From contig JAYZEG010000030.1 in the NCBI GenBank assembly GCA_036337435.1, positions 38,424 through 102,423 of the forward strand: a DNA stretch of 64,000 bases, read 5' to 3'. The position numbers and the translations under genes were made by a program. Positions within the stretch are counted from its first letter, which is position 1. Each line of letters opens with the position of its first letter. Under the pieces are notes generated by a model. That model was not told the origin of the DNA. It ran no database searches and saw nothing but the letters and a program-made list of their open reading frames with translations. This DNA comes from Myxococcota bacterium (GTDB lineage Bacteria; Myxococcota_A; Bradymonadia; UBA7976; UBA1532). Of the stretch, positions 48,782 through 61,000 are shown piece after piece.

Positions 48782-50800
48782 CTACTCCCCATTAAGATAC
48801 CAAGCACGGGGATTGAGATAGGGACGAACCTTGCCGACAGCCGTGGCGTTTTGTAGTTGGGGTGTCCAGAAATAAGGCACCTTGCTTTGGAACAAAAAGG
48901 TATAGGGTTGCTCTTCATAAATCAGCCGATGAAACGCTTTTGACAGGGCATATCGCTTATCCATGTCAAATTCGAATTCCATCGCCTCGATGATCTCATC
49001 GGCCTTCTTATTTCGAAATCCAACGTAATTACTGCTCTGAGGTTCATCAGCATGTCGAGAATGCCAAATCTGGTCGAAATCAACATTGGGGCTTGTGCCC
49101 CAGCCAAGCATAACCGCATCGAACTGCTTGGTTTGGAGTTCCTTTAAGAAATTCGCCCATTCCATGGCTTTCAGATTACATTTCACACCGATCTTTTTGA
49201 GAGACTCTTTTAAGATTTCCGCTGTCATTCGGTGCGTTGGCTTGGCGACAATGTTGAAGGTAAATTCGAAGGCCGTCTTGCGTCCATTGATGGTCTTATC
49301 GAGGATTCCATCATTGTCGGAGTCGGTCCAGCCTGCTTCATTGAGCAGTGCGGCCGCTTTCTTCAAATCGAATGGAATGGGTTTGAGGCTGTCATCGTAA
49401 TGGGGTAGGCCTGGTGTAATTGGACCCGTTGTTCTCTTACCAAGATTGAAGCGAATTTCAGATAAGATCTCATCGGTCTTGAGGGCATAGCTCATCGCCC
49501 ATCGAACTCGCTTATCGGAGAAAAACGCCTTATCGGCATTCCAGCCGATGTAACCATAGCCATAGGTCCAGAAGAAATCATGTTTGATGCTGCCGTCTTT
49601 AAAAGGGGACTTGGGATCTTCATCCCCCAACACTTGGCGGTACTGCTGTGAGCCAAGGGAGGTGACGTGGACGCCTTCATTCTTACTTTTTCCTACGGCA
49701 GACGCAGACTTGAGCAGCATCCGAGGATGCTGACTGTTGTCTTTTACGATCTTGATTTCGATGCGGTCGGCCGCATTGCCGCCGAGGGGATACCACGGGT
49801 CTCTCTCCAATTGGACGGCAACGCCCCGTTCAAATTTGACAAATCGATAAGGTCCATTGCCAACGCCGCGGGGATTATACCAATGTTCTTCGAATTTCGT
49901 GCCGATGACCTCATCGTCAAAGCGGGTGCCATCAGCATCATATGCATACAAAAACTCCGGTACGGTACTCAGCCATTTCGAAATCAGATCGTTTTTGTAC
50001 TTCTTATTTTTAAATTTGATCTGAAGGCTGAAATCACCCGTGGCCATGACACCGGAGATATCGAGGTCTGAAAAATAGCTACGCGCTGACGCCGCTTTAC
50101 CGACTTGTGGATTGAGCATCATCTTCATCCAGAAGATCACATCATGAGCTGTTACGCGACAACGCCCATTTACCCAGTGCCGATCAGCACTCAAGGCCAC
50201 ATTCTTGAGATGTGGCTGCGTCTTTTTCAACAGTGCAGCCGTTCTCGACCCAACGGCCTTACAGCTGGTCCCATCCACAAGCCATGGCCGTGTCTCATCC
50301 TCATCAAGTGCAGGCGTGTGCCAAAAAATATCGGGCCGGATTCGATAGCTATAGGTCAAATAGTCATCGCTGCGACCCAAATAGGTTGCCAAAGAGGGTG
50401 CATACTTGGTGACTTCTTCTTTGTGTCGAGTGACCAGCGGCGTCATATTCAATGCTTGTATATTACTGACGTCGACACTGTTTTCGATGAGATAATTAAA
50501 CCCTTTCGGATCACTTCCAATGAGAAGTTTGAGGGTTCCACCCACTTCGGGTTGATTGGGATACCAAGGCGTGAAGTCTGGCTCAAGGAGTCCGGCGAAT
50601 GCGCTCTGGCCCCACAGGCTTGGGTCAACTGGATTGCCGCTGGACTGAGTGCCGCGAACCTCTTCGACGCGTGATGCTTTCTGAGCCTTGAGTTGGTTGG
50701 CCTCGATTCGATTATTTTGCCAAACAAAGACAATCCCTATGACGACCAAAATAAGGAGGAGAACGGTCATGAAGAGACGTTGGTAAAATTCTTTGACCAT
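48782..50800 (-). CDS. Peptide ABC transporter substrate-binding protein (family 5)
   Basis: VTAHDV, GNGPY, RVRWAM, LLNEAGW; first gene of the ABC operon. Confidence 0.92.
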   Translation of the reverse strand: MVKEFYQRLFMTVLLLILVVIGIVFVWQNNRIEANQLKAQKASRVEEVRGTQSSGNPVDPSLWGQSAFAGLLEPDFTPWYPNQPEVGGTLKLLIGSDPKGFNYLIENSVDVSNIQALNMTPLVTRHKEEVTKYAPSLATYLGRSDDYLTYSYRIRPDIFWHTPALDEDETRPWLVDGTSCKAVGSRTAALLKKTQPHLKNVALSADRHWVNGRCRVTAHDVIFWMKMMLNPQVGKAASARSYFSDLDISGVMATGDFSLQIKFKNKKYKNDLISKWLSTVPEFLYAYDADGTRFDDEVIGTKFEEHWYNPRGVGNGPYRFVKFERGVAVQLERDPWYPLGGNAADRIEIKIVKDNSQHPRMLLKSASAVGKSKNEGVHVTSLGSQQYRQVLGDEDPKSPFKDGSIKHDFFWTYGYGYIGWNADKAFFSDKRVRWAMSYALKTDEILSEIRFNLGKRTTGPITPGLPHYDDSLKPIPFDLKKAAALLNEAGWTDSDNDGILDKTINGRKTAFEFTFNIVAKPTHRMTAEILKESLKKIGVKCNLKAMEWANFLKELQTKQFDAVMLGWGTSPNVDFDQIWHSRHADEPQSSNYVGFRNKKADEIIEAMEFEFDMDKRYALSKAFHRLIYEEQPYTFLFQSKVPYFWTPQLQNATAVGKVRPYLNPRAWYLNGE

Positions 50801-50949
50801 GGAGCTTTTTCTCCTGGAGCTAAAAAGGGGTCACCCGGTTTAATGCGACGGGAGAATAGTGAGTTTCGGGGTCAATAGACAAGGGACTTACGGAGAAAGC
50901 TGGTCTATGGGGCTTGCAGGCGAGTGAATTGAACCGCAGACAGAGCCGA

Positions 50950-53163
50950 TTAACGACCGCCCAAGAGCACCATTGCCGTCTCAGTTTTCTGAGCGATTTC
51001 AATACTGAGAGAGCCGATGGCTTTTCGATTCTGGGAGCCACGTTGCAAGCCGAGGATCAGCAAATCAACGGTGCCTGCCATGTCGATGATGGACTGCCGC
51101 GGGTCCGCACTGCGCTGAACGACTACAGAGTGATTGTCTCCGAGCTCACTTTTGGCTCGACGGCTGAGGTTCTGCTCAATGGACGTCTCGTCAGCCTCAC
51201 TCAACTCCATTGGAATCACCCTCAATAAGGTGATTTGTACGCCGCGATTCCGTCGCAGCGATGCCAGTAGCCTGGCTCTTAACTCATCATGATTTCCTTG
51301 CCCACCGACGGGCACCAAGACCCGCTGGACCTGCTCTAGCTTCCAATCTGATGGTGCTCGCAAAATGGACAGATCACATTTCACTCGATTCACCAATGCC
51401 TCGAGGTGGTCAACGGTGCTTTGGCCCTGGAGTTCAGTGAGGCCGAGCAAAAGCCGTTCGCAGGATTGGTCCTCGGCCACGCGGGCAATTTCTTCCCATG
51501 GATCGTCGGCAAACGTTGTCATGGCTCTCGGGGCATGGCCCACATTTTGGGCGGTCTCGAGACCATGTTGTAAGGGCAGCAGGCTTTCTTTGATCTCATC
51601 CGCTGCATCGACTGCATTGTTTCTCACAACGCTCAGCAACATGACGCGTCCGACAGTCGGCGGCGTAAGGACGGCCGCCAGCTGCATCAGGGCTTTTGCA
51701 TTCCGGGGATTTCTCACCGGTACGATCATGAGTGGTGACCGTCCACGCAAACGCAAGAGCTCGGTGTCACCTGCCTCGGCGGCCGCATCGAGGACTTGTG
51801 CGTGAAAAGCAAAGAGAGAACGGTACAAAACAAAGCCTAAACCGAGCCAAACCAACGTGATTGCACCGGCATTGGGTTCACGAATCGCTTGCCACACAGC
51901 CAACCCGAGGCAGGCAAGACCGCCGACCACTGGAATCACGGGAAAGAGGGGTGCGAGATAGACGTCAGCCGACAGCCGCCGACTCCGCTTCCGAGCCAAG
52001 TACGCTGTGTAATGAGTCATGGCAAAGGTGACCAGGAAGATGAGACTGGCCGCTGAGCCAGCCGCCGATAGGTCCGGCAACATAAATAGCAGCGCACCCA
52101 TGGCCAATGCGCTGGAATAAACAGCCATGGACGGCGTGCCGTAACGTTCGTGCTTGACGCCCATGATCCAAGGCAGCGTGCGGTCCGTGGCCATTGTCTG
52201 GGCGACCCGAGAGGCCGCGAGTAAGTTGGCATGCAGAGCGGACAGAGTTGCAAGGACCGCTGCGATTAAAACCAACCAAACGCCTGCAGGGCCCATATAG
52301 TGTCCGACAGCCGTCGCCATCAATGTGTCAGCCCCATCGGCGGCCAATTGACTGACATGCCCATGTTCACCTGTCCCAACGGTCGCCACCACCAAGAGGA
52401 GGGGCAGGTAAATGACCAAGGCCGCGCCCAAGGAGTAGAACATGGCACGAGGTGCATTTCTGGCGGGCTCTTTAATCTCAGATGCAACGGTCGCCACCAA
52501 ATCAAACCCCTGGAAAGCGATAAACGAGATCCCCATGGCCGAGAGGAGTCCGATGGTGCCATCTGAAAAGAAGGGTGAAAGCTTTTGAAAAGAGTCGAGA
52601 GGCTGGTTGGCCATCAAGACCCATAAACCCACCAGGGCAAGGAAACCAAGTACGACAACCTTGCCCCAAGCGGACCACTTCCCGCCGCCTGAACTATGGC
52701 GAATTAATGAGGCTGTGTAGACGATGAGGGCAACGACGGCGAGGCCGACGGCCCCCCCATGGGTCAGAAGCCATTGGGGCGTTGGGAAACCGATACTAGA
52801 AAAGGACATCTGGAGCAGACGCGCCCCATAAATCCCAAATCCCAAAGCGTAGAGAACGCCGGCGACGATATAGGCGAACCAGATAACCCAACCCAAACCG
52901 AAGGCCACTCGGACCGATAGAACCCGACGTCCAAAAGCATAGGCACCGCCAGAGCGGGGGTAAGCACTGACCATCTCAGCAAAACTCATGGCCGTCATAA
53001 AGGCCAAGAGGCCATTGAGTGCAAAAGCAAGAATGGCGCTGGGCCCAGTGGCTTGAAAGGTCGGACCAGCCAGGACGAGAATGCCACCACCGACGATCGC
53101 ACCGATGCCAATTCGGGTCGCACCCATCAGCCCAATGGTCCGTTTGATTTGGTCGGTGGTCAT
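50950..53163 (-). CDS. APC-family amino acid permease with C-terminal universal stress protein domains
   Basis: GAIVGGGIL, ~12 TM helices, FQGFD..SEIK; USP-like VPV and DLLILG segments. Confidence 0.88.
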   Translation of the reverse strand: MTTDQIKRTIGLMGATRIGIGAIVGGGILVLAGPTFQATGPSAILAFALNGLLAFMTAMSFAEMVSAYPRSGGAYAFGRRVLSVRVAFGLGWVIWFAYIVAGVLYALGFGIYGARLLQMSFSSIGFPTPQWLLTHGGAVGLAVVALIVYTASLIRHSSGGGKWSAWGKVVVLGFLALVGLWVLMANQPLDSFQKLSPFFSDGTIGLLSAMGISFIAFQGFDLVATVASEIKEPARNAPRAMFYSLGAALVIYLPLLLVVATVGTGEHGHVSQLAADGADTLMATAVGHYMGPAGVWLVLIAAVLATLSALHANLLAASRVAQTMATDRTLPWIMGVKHERYGTPSMAVYSSALAMGALLFMLPDLSAAGSAASLIFLVTFAMTHYTAYLARKRSRRLSADVYLAPLFPVIPVVGGLACLGLAVWQAIREPNAGAITLVWLGLGFVLYRSLFAFHAQVLDAAAEAGDTELLRLRGRSPLMIVPVRNPRNAKALMQLAAVLTPPTVGRVMLLSVVRNNAVDAADEIKESLLPLQHGLETAQNVGHAPRAMTTFADDPWEEIARVAEDQSCERLLLGLTELQGQSTVDHLEALVNRVKCDLSILRAPSDWKLEQVQRVLVPVGGQGNHDELRARLLASLRRNRGVQITLLRVIPMELSEADETSIEQNLSRRAKSELGDNHSVVVQRSADPRQSIIDMAGTVDLLILGLQRGSQNRKAIGSLSIEIAQKTETAMVLLGGR

Positions 53164-53510
53164 AGCGGTATTCCTGCAATCGGACTCCCCCTTTTGTGTC
53201 AGTTAAATCAAATCACGCAAATCTTGGCGTAAATAGATTTGAACGGCCGTCGGTCAATGGGTTGCTCGAGGGCTCCGAAGTCCTTCGAATTAGGTGATTT
53301 TACGTTCAAATGAAGAGAACCCTGTCGGTGAAAGCGAGCGCGATAATCAAACTCGTTATCTCATGGCGTCATGGACGCATGTCAAAGCCATCGACATTCC
53401 AGCGGACACACGGTAAATCCAGTCGGTCGGTTGGCATGATTGATCCAAGATGATTGCCGATAGACGTCGTCATCGATGCGCTACTTTTGGACTGTAAACG
53501 GCCACTGAAT

Positions 53511-54461
53511 ATGAACCTTGGTCTATTGATATCTCCACTGATGCGTGGAGCCTATTTCGCCGACTATATTTCCGTCTGCCAGACGGAAGCCTCCTGTGTG
53601 CTAGGATGCCAGACGCAACATGTTTCGTGGGGTAACCTTGACCTACTTGAATGCGAGATCAGTGTCGAGGACCTGCCCGCAATCGCCAGGCTCTCTTTTG
53701 TCCAGGGGGCGTTTGAAATCAGTGATGGATTGCTTCGACCCATCGGACTCGACCCGCAATTTAATCTGCCCGATGACTTCGTTTATGGAAGTAAGTATCG
53801 TGGCAAAACCAACGAAGCTTTAACCCAATTACTGGTCAATCTTGGACTACGTTATGCCAAGACCAGACCCGGCAAGGCAATGACAGTGCTCGACCCCATG
53901 TGCGGCCGAGGCACAACGCTGATAACCGCCATGCGCTACGGCTTGAACTCAAAAGGAATCGAGCAGGACAAAAACGTACTTGCCGAAGTCACCCAAAGTC
54001 TCAAGAAATGGACCAAAATTCATCGGGTTAAGCACAATTTAAATCAAGGCTTCGTTGGGCGGGCCAATAAGCAAGGTCAGGGCCGATTCCTTCGCTTTAG
54101 CCACCAGCAGACCCATTTTCAAATCATTATCGGCGACTCACGGGAGACCCAAAGCCTTGTGGGACAGGAACGATTTGACCTGATTGCAACAGACATTCCC
54201 TACGGCGTGCAGCATCATACGACGGCGGGCACCCGTAATCCACTGGCGGTGATTCGGACCTGCGCACCCGAATGGGCCAACGTTCTCCGACCTGGGGGCG
54301 CAATGGTCATCGCATACAATCGATTACAACCAAAAACAGAGCAACTCGTCAGGGCTTTCGACGGGTGTGGACTCACCGAGTTGCCACTTCAATTCACCCA
54401 CCGCATGAGCGAGGCCATCGTCCGCGATATTTTGGTGCTGACGAAGAACGAAGTGCCCTGA
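53511..54461 (+). CDS. SAM-dependent methyltransferase, TRM11-like
   Basis: LDPMCGRGTT, TDIPYG. Confidence 0.8.
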   Translation: MNLGLLISPLMRGAYFADYISVCQTEASCVLGCQTQHVSWGNLDLLECEISVEDLPAIARLSFVQGAFEISDGLLRPIGLDPQFNLPDDFVYGSKYRGKTNEALTQLLVNLGLRYAKTRPGKAMTVLDPMCGRGTTLITAMRYGLNSKGIEQDKNVLAEVTQSLKKWTKIHRVKHNLNQGFVGRANKQGQGRFLRFSHQQTHFQIIIGDSRETQSLVGQERFDLIATDIPYGVQHHTTAGTRNPLAVIRTCAPEWANVLRPGGAMVIAYNRLQPKTEQLVRAFDGCGLTELPLQFTHRMSEAIVRDILVLTKNEVP

Positions 54462-54703
54462 GCGTATGAACCACGGCCAGTCTGTTCATAGCATGATTGG
54501 CCCGGGTCGTCCCCGACGCCGAGACGAGCAGAATGAAATGGCCTCATGTGGTCGACTCGCCCCCCTTTTATCGGGTCAATCGGTTATCTTATTGCTTTGT
54601 TCAGGTCAGCAGACTAGGTATAACTACGGAGTGGCGTATCGTCGGCGTCCTTGGACCGACCGGCTGCTTGCTACGCTGCGATTTTGGGGGGAGAGAATTG
54701 ATC

Positions 54704-57700
54704 ATGAGTCGAATCGTCGGGGCGTCTAGGTGCGCTCAACACCTTGTGTTTGTTTTTATTCTGACCGTTGGAATGCCCAACGCCTTTGGACAGATCACGA
54801 CCTTCAGTGAGGATGTTCATGAAGCCATTGATCGTGGACTTGACTACGCTGCAGCCCAGAACTGGTTTGTTAACGGCTGTCCAGCCCAAGGTCATGGCGA
54901 CGCAACTGGATTGATTACATTGGCCCTTCTCGAAAAACGAGCCGATGCAAATCAAAACGCACTGAGCCAAGGCTATGCCAATGCAAATGCCATTGACCAA
55001 CAGCGCGCCGACCTCGCCATCGCCTTCCTGATCAATCGAGTCAACGCGTCCGGTGCCAATGCATTTCAAGCCTATCAAGATGGGGCCGATCTCATGGCGC
55101 TATCTCTGTATTGGCGAACCGGTGGACCCGACCAAGTCGGGTCACTCACAGCCATAAACAAAATTTATGATCGAATCGCCGGCAATCAACTGCCGAGCGG
55201 CTATTGGTGTTATTCGCCTGGCAGCCTTTGCGATGATTCCTCGACAACCCAGCTGGTCATGGCCGGCTTGGCGGGGGCTCGCGGCGTCTTTCTCGCAAAT
55301 GGCGATGCCGCACGAGCGGCGGGTCTCGACCAACTTACGCTGAACACTCGAAATGCGTATGCGGCCAACGGTGTGCCTGGAGGTGCTGGGCTCAATGATC
55401 CCGAAGAACGCGGTCATGGATATCGTGCTGGTATGGGCGCCAATGCAAACAGTCTTCAACAAACCGCGTCGGGCATATGGAGTCAATTGGCAGGCGGGGC
55501 CGACGTCAACGACCCAAGCGTGCAACAGTACATGCGCTGGATCTACAATCGATACCAGTATGGCGGATTTGCAAGCAATGGCGGGTGGTCCCGGTCCCAT
55601 TACTACTTTCTCTGGGCATTTGAGAAGGCCATGAGCTACATCGAACTCTCTCAAGTGCCGATCGCACCCGGAAATCTGGGGCCGGCCGATATGGGTCTGC
55701 TTGATCCTGCAGCCGCACCCGCGTTCGGAAATCGTGAAATTCATACCGACCCAGCCTCGGTTCCACGGGCGCCGTCCTTCGGACCAGAAGGCGCGGGTTA
55801 CTACGCCGATGCCAATGAACAACCGCGCTGGTACTTTGACTTGGCCCGAACGCTGCTTGAGCACCAGAGCGGTGCCGGCGATTTCACGCCACCAAATGGT
55901 GTCTGGAACACGTGTTCTGCACAAGCGTACGCAATCCTCGTGCTCGAAAGATCGACCGGTGGTGGTTGCATCGACACCGATGGCGATGGCATCTGCGATG
56001 CCGAAGATAACTGTGTTCTGAATGAAAATCCTGACCAACTCGACGCCGACGGCGATGGCATCGGTGACGTGTGTGACAACTGCCCCGACACCGCCAACCC
56101 AGACCAATTAGACGAAGACCAAAATGGCATCGGCGATGTCTGCGAGGCCTGCAATGATGCAGACAATGACGGTGTTTGCGATGAGGATGACAACTGCGTT
56201 TTTACCGCCAATGCCGACCAAGCTGACGCCGATGGCGATGGACTCGGTAATGCATGTGACAACTGTCCAGGTGTCGCCAACCCAGACCAGCTGGACAGCA
56301 ACGGTGATGGCATTGGTGATGCCTGCGAGTTTGACCACGGTGACAGCGACAACATCTGCTGCCAAGTCTGCGAAGTGATGATTATGACATCGCCAGACCA
56401 ATGCCAATTGGCGGGAGGCCTGGAGGTCGATGCCGATTACTGCTGCCCTCAAGTTTGCTGCGAACTTCGAAATGGGGGCGGCCGGCGCATCATTAAAGCG
56501 GAAGAGTGTTTGGTCGCCGGACTGATTATCGAAATGGACCAGTGCGGCGGTGCACCGGCCCCCGATGTCTGCTGCCAACAGCCAAACGGCAGCGTGGTGA
56601 CAGTCCCAGCCAATGCCTGCCAGCAAGCGGGTGGTCAGCCTATTCAGACCGACCGGTGCGAGAGCGTCTGCTGTCATGACCAAGAGAATGGTCAATTTAA
56701 CATTAGCTTAATCGACCAATGCGGGGGTGCCGCAGTCGACCCTGAACAATGTGAATCCATCTGCTGCTTAGGCGACAACGGCCAGCATTCGGTCACGTCA
56801 GCAGGCGCCTGTGGCGGCGTACAAGCACCGATGGATAAATGCGACCAAGTCTGTTGCGATATGGGTGGCGGCAACGCGATGCTGATGGACAGAGCAGCAT
56901 GTGAAGAGCGTACAGGCGTTGCACTTGATCCGGCCAATGAAGCCTGTTTCGAACGGGAAGTCTGCTGCGTTAATGGCGATACACTCAGCCACACAACGGC
57001 CAATGAATGTGTCGCCACAGGCGGGCAGGCTGTCGACGCTGAGATGTGTCAGGACGTCTGTTGCGAGGTCAATGGCCAAGGCCAGACCCTGACCCGGTAC
57101 ACCTGTGAAAATGGAGTCGGCGTGGTCGCCGATGAGGCACTCTGCAACGAAATTTGCTGTCTTGCCGATGGCAATGCCCAAGCTGTTAACGAGGCCCAAT
57201 GCCAAGAGTTGGGTGGCGACGCTGTTCCAGCCGAATGGTGCGAAGAGCCTGTATGCTGCCTCATGGCAAACGGCACTGCATCGAATATGGCACCTGCTCA
57301 ATGCGAGTCCCAAGGTGGATTGGTCGGCGAACCTGACGCCTGTGATGTCATCTGTTGTGAACTCAGCCCTGATGATTTCGAGAACATCTCGGCCATCGAA
57401 TGTGAGGCGCAGGGCGGTGCCGTCAGAGATGCAGCGATTTGTCTCCAAGTCTGCTGCGCACTGCCTAACGGCGACCGGCTCGAGATGAGCGGTGATATGT
57501 GTCGGGCAAACCGCGGTCAGGAGGCGCCGGGTGAGTGGTGTTCAAATGTTTGCTGTCTCACACCGAACGGCGACGCTCGTAACCTGTCGGAAGCACAGTG
57601 TACAGAACTTGGTGGTGAAGCAGCCGATGCACAAGCCTGTGAGAGCGTTTGCTGTGAGGTCGCTCCCGAGCGTTTTGATGAGGTCGCCCGCGCAACATGC

Positions 57701-58018
57701 CAAGGTGAAATCGCTGAACCAGACCTATGCGCCAATGAGGTGTGCTGCGCCATACCCGGTGCCGCACCCATTTTGACAACAGAAGCCACATGTACACGGC
57801 AAAACGGTGACCGGATTGGACGGGCTGCTTGCGAAGAGGTCATTCCAAAGAATGAAATGGACGCCGGGGTCATCCCGGGGAAGGCGAATGCCGACGGTGG
57901 CGTCGCCAATCAAGATGGCGGGTCATCGGCCGGCTGCTCACAGACCAACTCAACCGGCTCAGTGGGCTGGCTGATGTTGATTCTTGCCTGCTTCGGGCTT
58001 CGTCGGCGACGGCACTAA
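54704..58018 (+). CDS. Surface protein: alpha/alpha-toroid (prenyltransferase/squalene-cyclase repeat-like) domain, thrombospondin type 3 repeats, 15 CC repeats, MYXO-CTERM-like tail
   Basis: Signal peptide; QLPSGYW and [10 protein letters not shown]-like motifs; [20 protein letters not shown] repeats; C-terminus AGCSQ...[17 protein letters not shown]. Confidence 0.8.
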   Translation: MSRIVGASRCAQHLVFVFILTVGMPNAFGQITTFSEDVHEAIDRGLDYAAAQNWFVNGCPAQGHGDATGLITLALLEKRADANQNALSQGYANANAIDQQRADLAIAFLINRVNASGANAFQAYQDGADLMALSLYWRTGGPDQVGSLTAINKIYDRIAGNQLPSGYWCYSPGSLCDDSSTTQLVMAGLAGARGVFLANGDAARAAGLDQLTLNTRNAYAANGVPGGAGLNDPEERGHGYRAGMGANANSLQQTASGIWSQLAGGADVNDPSVQQYMRWIYNRYQYGGFASNGGWSRSHYYFLWAFEKAMSYIELSQVPIAPGNLGPADMGLLDPAAAPAFGNREIHTDPASVPRAPSFGPEGAGYYADANEQPRWYFDLARTLLEHQSGAGDFTPPNGVWNTCSAQAYAILVLERSTGGGCIDTDGDGICDAEDNCVLNENPDQLDADGDGIGDVCDNCPDTANPDQLDEDQNGIGDVCEACNDADNDGVCDEDDNCVFTANADQADADGDGLGNACDNCPGVANPDQLDSNGDGIGDACEFDHGDSDNICCQVCEVMIMTSPDQCQLAGGLEVDADYCCPQVCCELRNGGGRRIIKAEECLVAGLIIEMDQCGGAPAPDVCCQQPNGSVVTVPANACQQAGGQPIQTDRCESVCCHDQENGQFNISLIDQCGGAAVDPEQCESICCLGDNGQHSVTSAGACGGVQAPMDKCDQVCCDMGGGNAMLMDRAACEERTGVALDPANEACFEREVCCVNGDTLSHTTANECVATGGQAVDAEMCQDVCCEVNGQGQTLTRYTCENGVGVVADEALCNEICCLADGNAQAVNEAQCQELGGDAVPAEWCEEPVCCLMANGTASNMAPAQCESQGGLVGEPDACDVICCELSPDDFENISAIECEAQGGAVRDAAICLQVCCALPNGDRLEMSGDMCRANRGQEAPGEWCSNVCCLTPNGDARNLSEAQCTELGGEAADAQACESVCCEVAPERFDEVARATCQGEIAEPDLCANEVCCAIPGAAPILTTEATCTRQNGDRIGRAACEEVIPKNEMDAGVIPGKANADGGVANQDGGSSAGCSQTNSTGSVGWLMLILACFGLRRRRH

Positions 58019-58043
58019 GCCCGGATAAAGGGAGGAGGGTCGC

Positions 58044-61000
58044 GTGAAAAGGCTTGCCTGTTTAGCAATTTTGTTGGCCGGTTTCGGCTGTGATGGTGGT
58101 GGAGATTCAGACGGGTCTAATCCGGATGGGACATCGTCGACTGACGCTGTCGTGTCAGACGGTGGCCAAGACGCAATGAATCCGGGCGAAGACACGGGGC
58201 CTGCCAATGACGGGGGGGCTCTCTCCGACCGCGGATTGGTGCCAACGGATTCGGGTATGAGTCCACCAGATCAGATGCTCGACCCGGATGCGAGTACCTT
58301 GGAGCAGTGCCGAGCCATTGGTCGATGTACGCCGGAGGGTGCCTGGTGTGAACCAGCGGGCTCACCGGAATGCTGGCGCGGCGAATCGCCTCAATGCTTT
58401 GAACCACTCCATCCACTGTCTCGGGCTAATTGCGACCAACCGGCTGAGCTCATGGCCGGCGCCTGCGTCTGTCCAGACGGGTTCGATGTGGCACCGGGGC
58501 AAGACTCATGTGCCTCTGTCAGTTCACAACGGGCTGTCCAACATGCCATCAGTCGTCCCGTCTGCTCTGGTGTGCAAACGTCTCGCTACGGCACCGATGG
58601 CGCCCACTATGAAGATACGGATGGAAACCCAGATAATGACCGTGTCATATCAGACCGATGGGGGCCTCAATCACCGGATGACCAAACCAGTGGACGCCTC
58701 AATCAAGCGGGTGTGTGGGCCTGCGATTGGCAAGTCCGAGACCAAGCTGGATTTGAACCCTTCAATGAATGGATTGGGTTTTCTCACTGCTTGAGTACCG
58801 ATACGCCTGGCGACTACCTCGTTGGAATTTCCGGCGATGAGCAAGCTCGACTGATGGTCAACGGTCAGCTGGTATTCGAGACGCCACAAGGCATCGATGC
58901 GTCCCGCACGTGGTATATCCGGCGTCTCTCGCTGCCCAGTGGCATTAATACCATCGAGTTCCACGGCCTCAATACGGACAGCATCGGTGCCATTGGTGGA
59001 GAAATCATCGGTCCGTTCGAGCCGGGTTCAATGGCCACTGAGGCCGCACAAAAGGCGGCCGACTATGAGAACAATATCCTGTTTAGCACACGGTCGATGG
59101 TGGGTACTCAATTCAGCCTCGGTGACATGACCGGGTGGTATTGCCGAAACGAAGGCGAAGTGCTCAACACCTGTCATGCTGAGCCGCGCTGTTCGACCAT
59201 CGAACGAACTGCCTGTGAGATGCCACCGCTGGTCTGCCCAATGGGCCAGCACGAAGTGGATGGAGCCTGCGTGGACAATGAATGTACGTGCGCATTTGGT
59301 GTGCCGCTTCTTGGAGCTGACTGCCCAGAAAACGGCGCGCCGGGGTGTCGGGCCTGCTTTGAGGGCTACGGACTAGAAGAGGGGGTGTGCGTTGAGAATG
59401 TCTGTACATGTGAAAACGGCGTTGCCGCAGTCAGTGCTGCCTGCGACCAGCATAATGCAGAGATTTGTCTGGTGTGCGATGACGGATATGAGATGCAGAA
59501 CCGACGCTGTGAGCCTTGGCAATGTGTCTGCGCGAATGGAACGGCTGCCGAGGGGGCCGCTTGTCCAGCCGAAGGCGATGAATTTTGTCTCGAATGTGAT
59601 GCGGGCTTTCATTTGGATGGGGCTGTTTGCCGAGAGAATGTCTGTCAATGTCGCAACGGGCAGGTCGATGCCGATGCATTCTGTGAATTTAATAATGGCG
59701 ATGCATGTCAGGCCTGCGATGACGGATTCTATCTAGAGGAGGGCCGTTGTAGACCCAATCTATGCCAATGCGAAAACGGCAATGGTGCCATCGGTGCGGC
59801 CTGTCCCGCCAATGGTGACGCACTGTGCACCGAATGCATGAATGGGTTTCAATTGGTCGACGGAGCCTGCCAGCCAAATCAATGCGTGTGTATTAACGGC
59901 GTGGGCGCACAAGGTCTCGATTGCCCGAATCCAGGCCGACTGCAATGCGAATCATGCGATGAGGGCTATCGACTAGAAGGGCGTATCTGCGTCCAATCCG
60001 ACTGCCGCTGTGCCAATGGACGCCCTGTGAGCCCGGACCTGTGCCCAGGCATCGGCGTCAACCTGTGCCGTGATTGTAATGATGGCTACACCTTAGTGGA
60101 CGGGCAATGTCAGGCGAACACCTGCGAGTGTGTGAATGGCGAACCTGCGGTCGGTGAACTCTGCCTCGTCGAGGGGGAGCCGGTGTGTATTAACTGCGAC
60201 CCAGGCTTTGTCCTCGAGGGCGATGACTGCGTGGCTCAGCAATGCGCCTGCGCCAACGGTGTTGCAAGCCAAGGCATTCAGTGTCCGCAGGCTGGCGCTG
60301 AGCATTGTCAGCGTTGTGACGAAGGCTACCGACTACGAGATAACCGATGCGAACTCATTCCAGTGCCTCGATGCGATGACGGCATCGTGAATGGCACCGA
60401 GACCGATGTGGACTGCGGTGGTGAGTGCGAGCCCTGCGGTGTGGGAGACGAATGTGATGGCCCAAACGATTGTGAAAGCGATCGATGTGACCATCAATGT
60501 GGTGACCCAGACCAATGCGAACTGACATGCCAGCCTGCCGCCGTCTGTGGGGACAGCGTCGTTGAAGATACGGAGACGTGCGATGACGGCAATGCCGTCA
60601 CCGAAGACTGCGCATACGGTGAAATAAACTGTACGGTTTGCGCCGCCGATTGCACCGAACAGCCCGGCGCGATTCGGCTCTGTGGCGACGGTATCGTCGA
60701 CCCTGAAGAACAATGTGACGACAACAACACCGTCACCGAAGACTGCGCATACGGCGAGGCAAACTGCACCGTCTGTGCCGCGGATTGCACCGAGCAACCC
60801 GGCGTCACCCATGTATGCGGCGAAGGAACAATCGACAGAGACAATGGCGAGACCTGTGATGACAACAACACCATTACCGAAGACTGCGCGTACGGTGAGG
60901 CAAACTGCACCGTCTGTGCCGCTGATTGCACCGAACAACCCGGCGTCACCCACGTCTGCGGCGATGGCGCAGTCGACAGAGGCGATGGCGAGACCTGTGA

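Noticed and set aside
53511..54461. Restriction-modification methyltransferase
   Set aside because: No adjacent nuclease or specificity subunit; the architecture looks TRM11-like, and the substrate cannot be determined from sequence.
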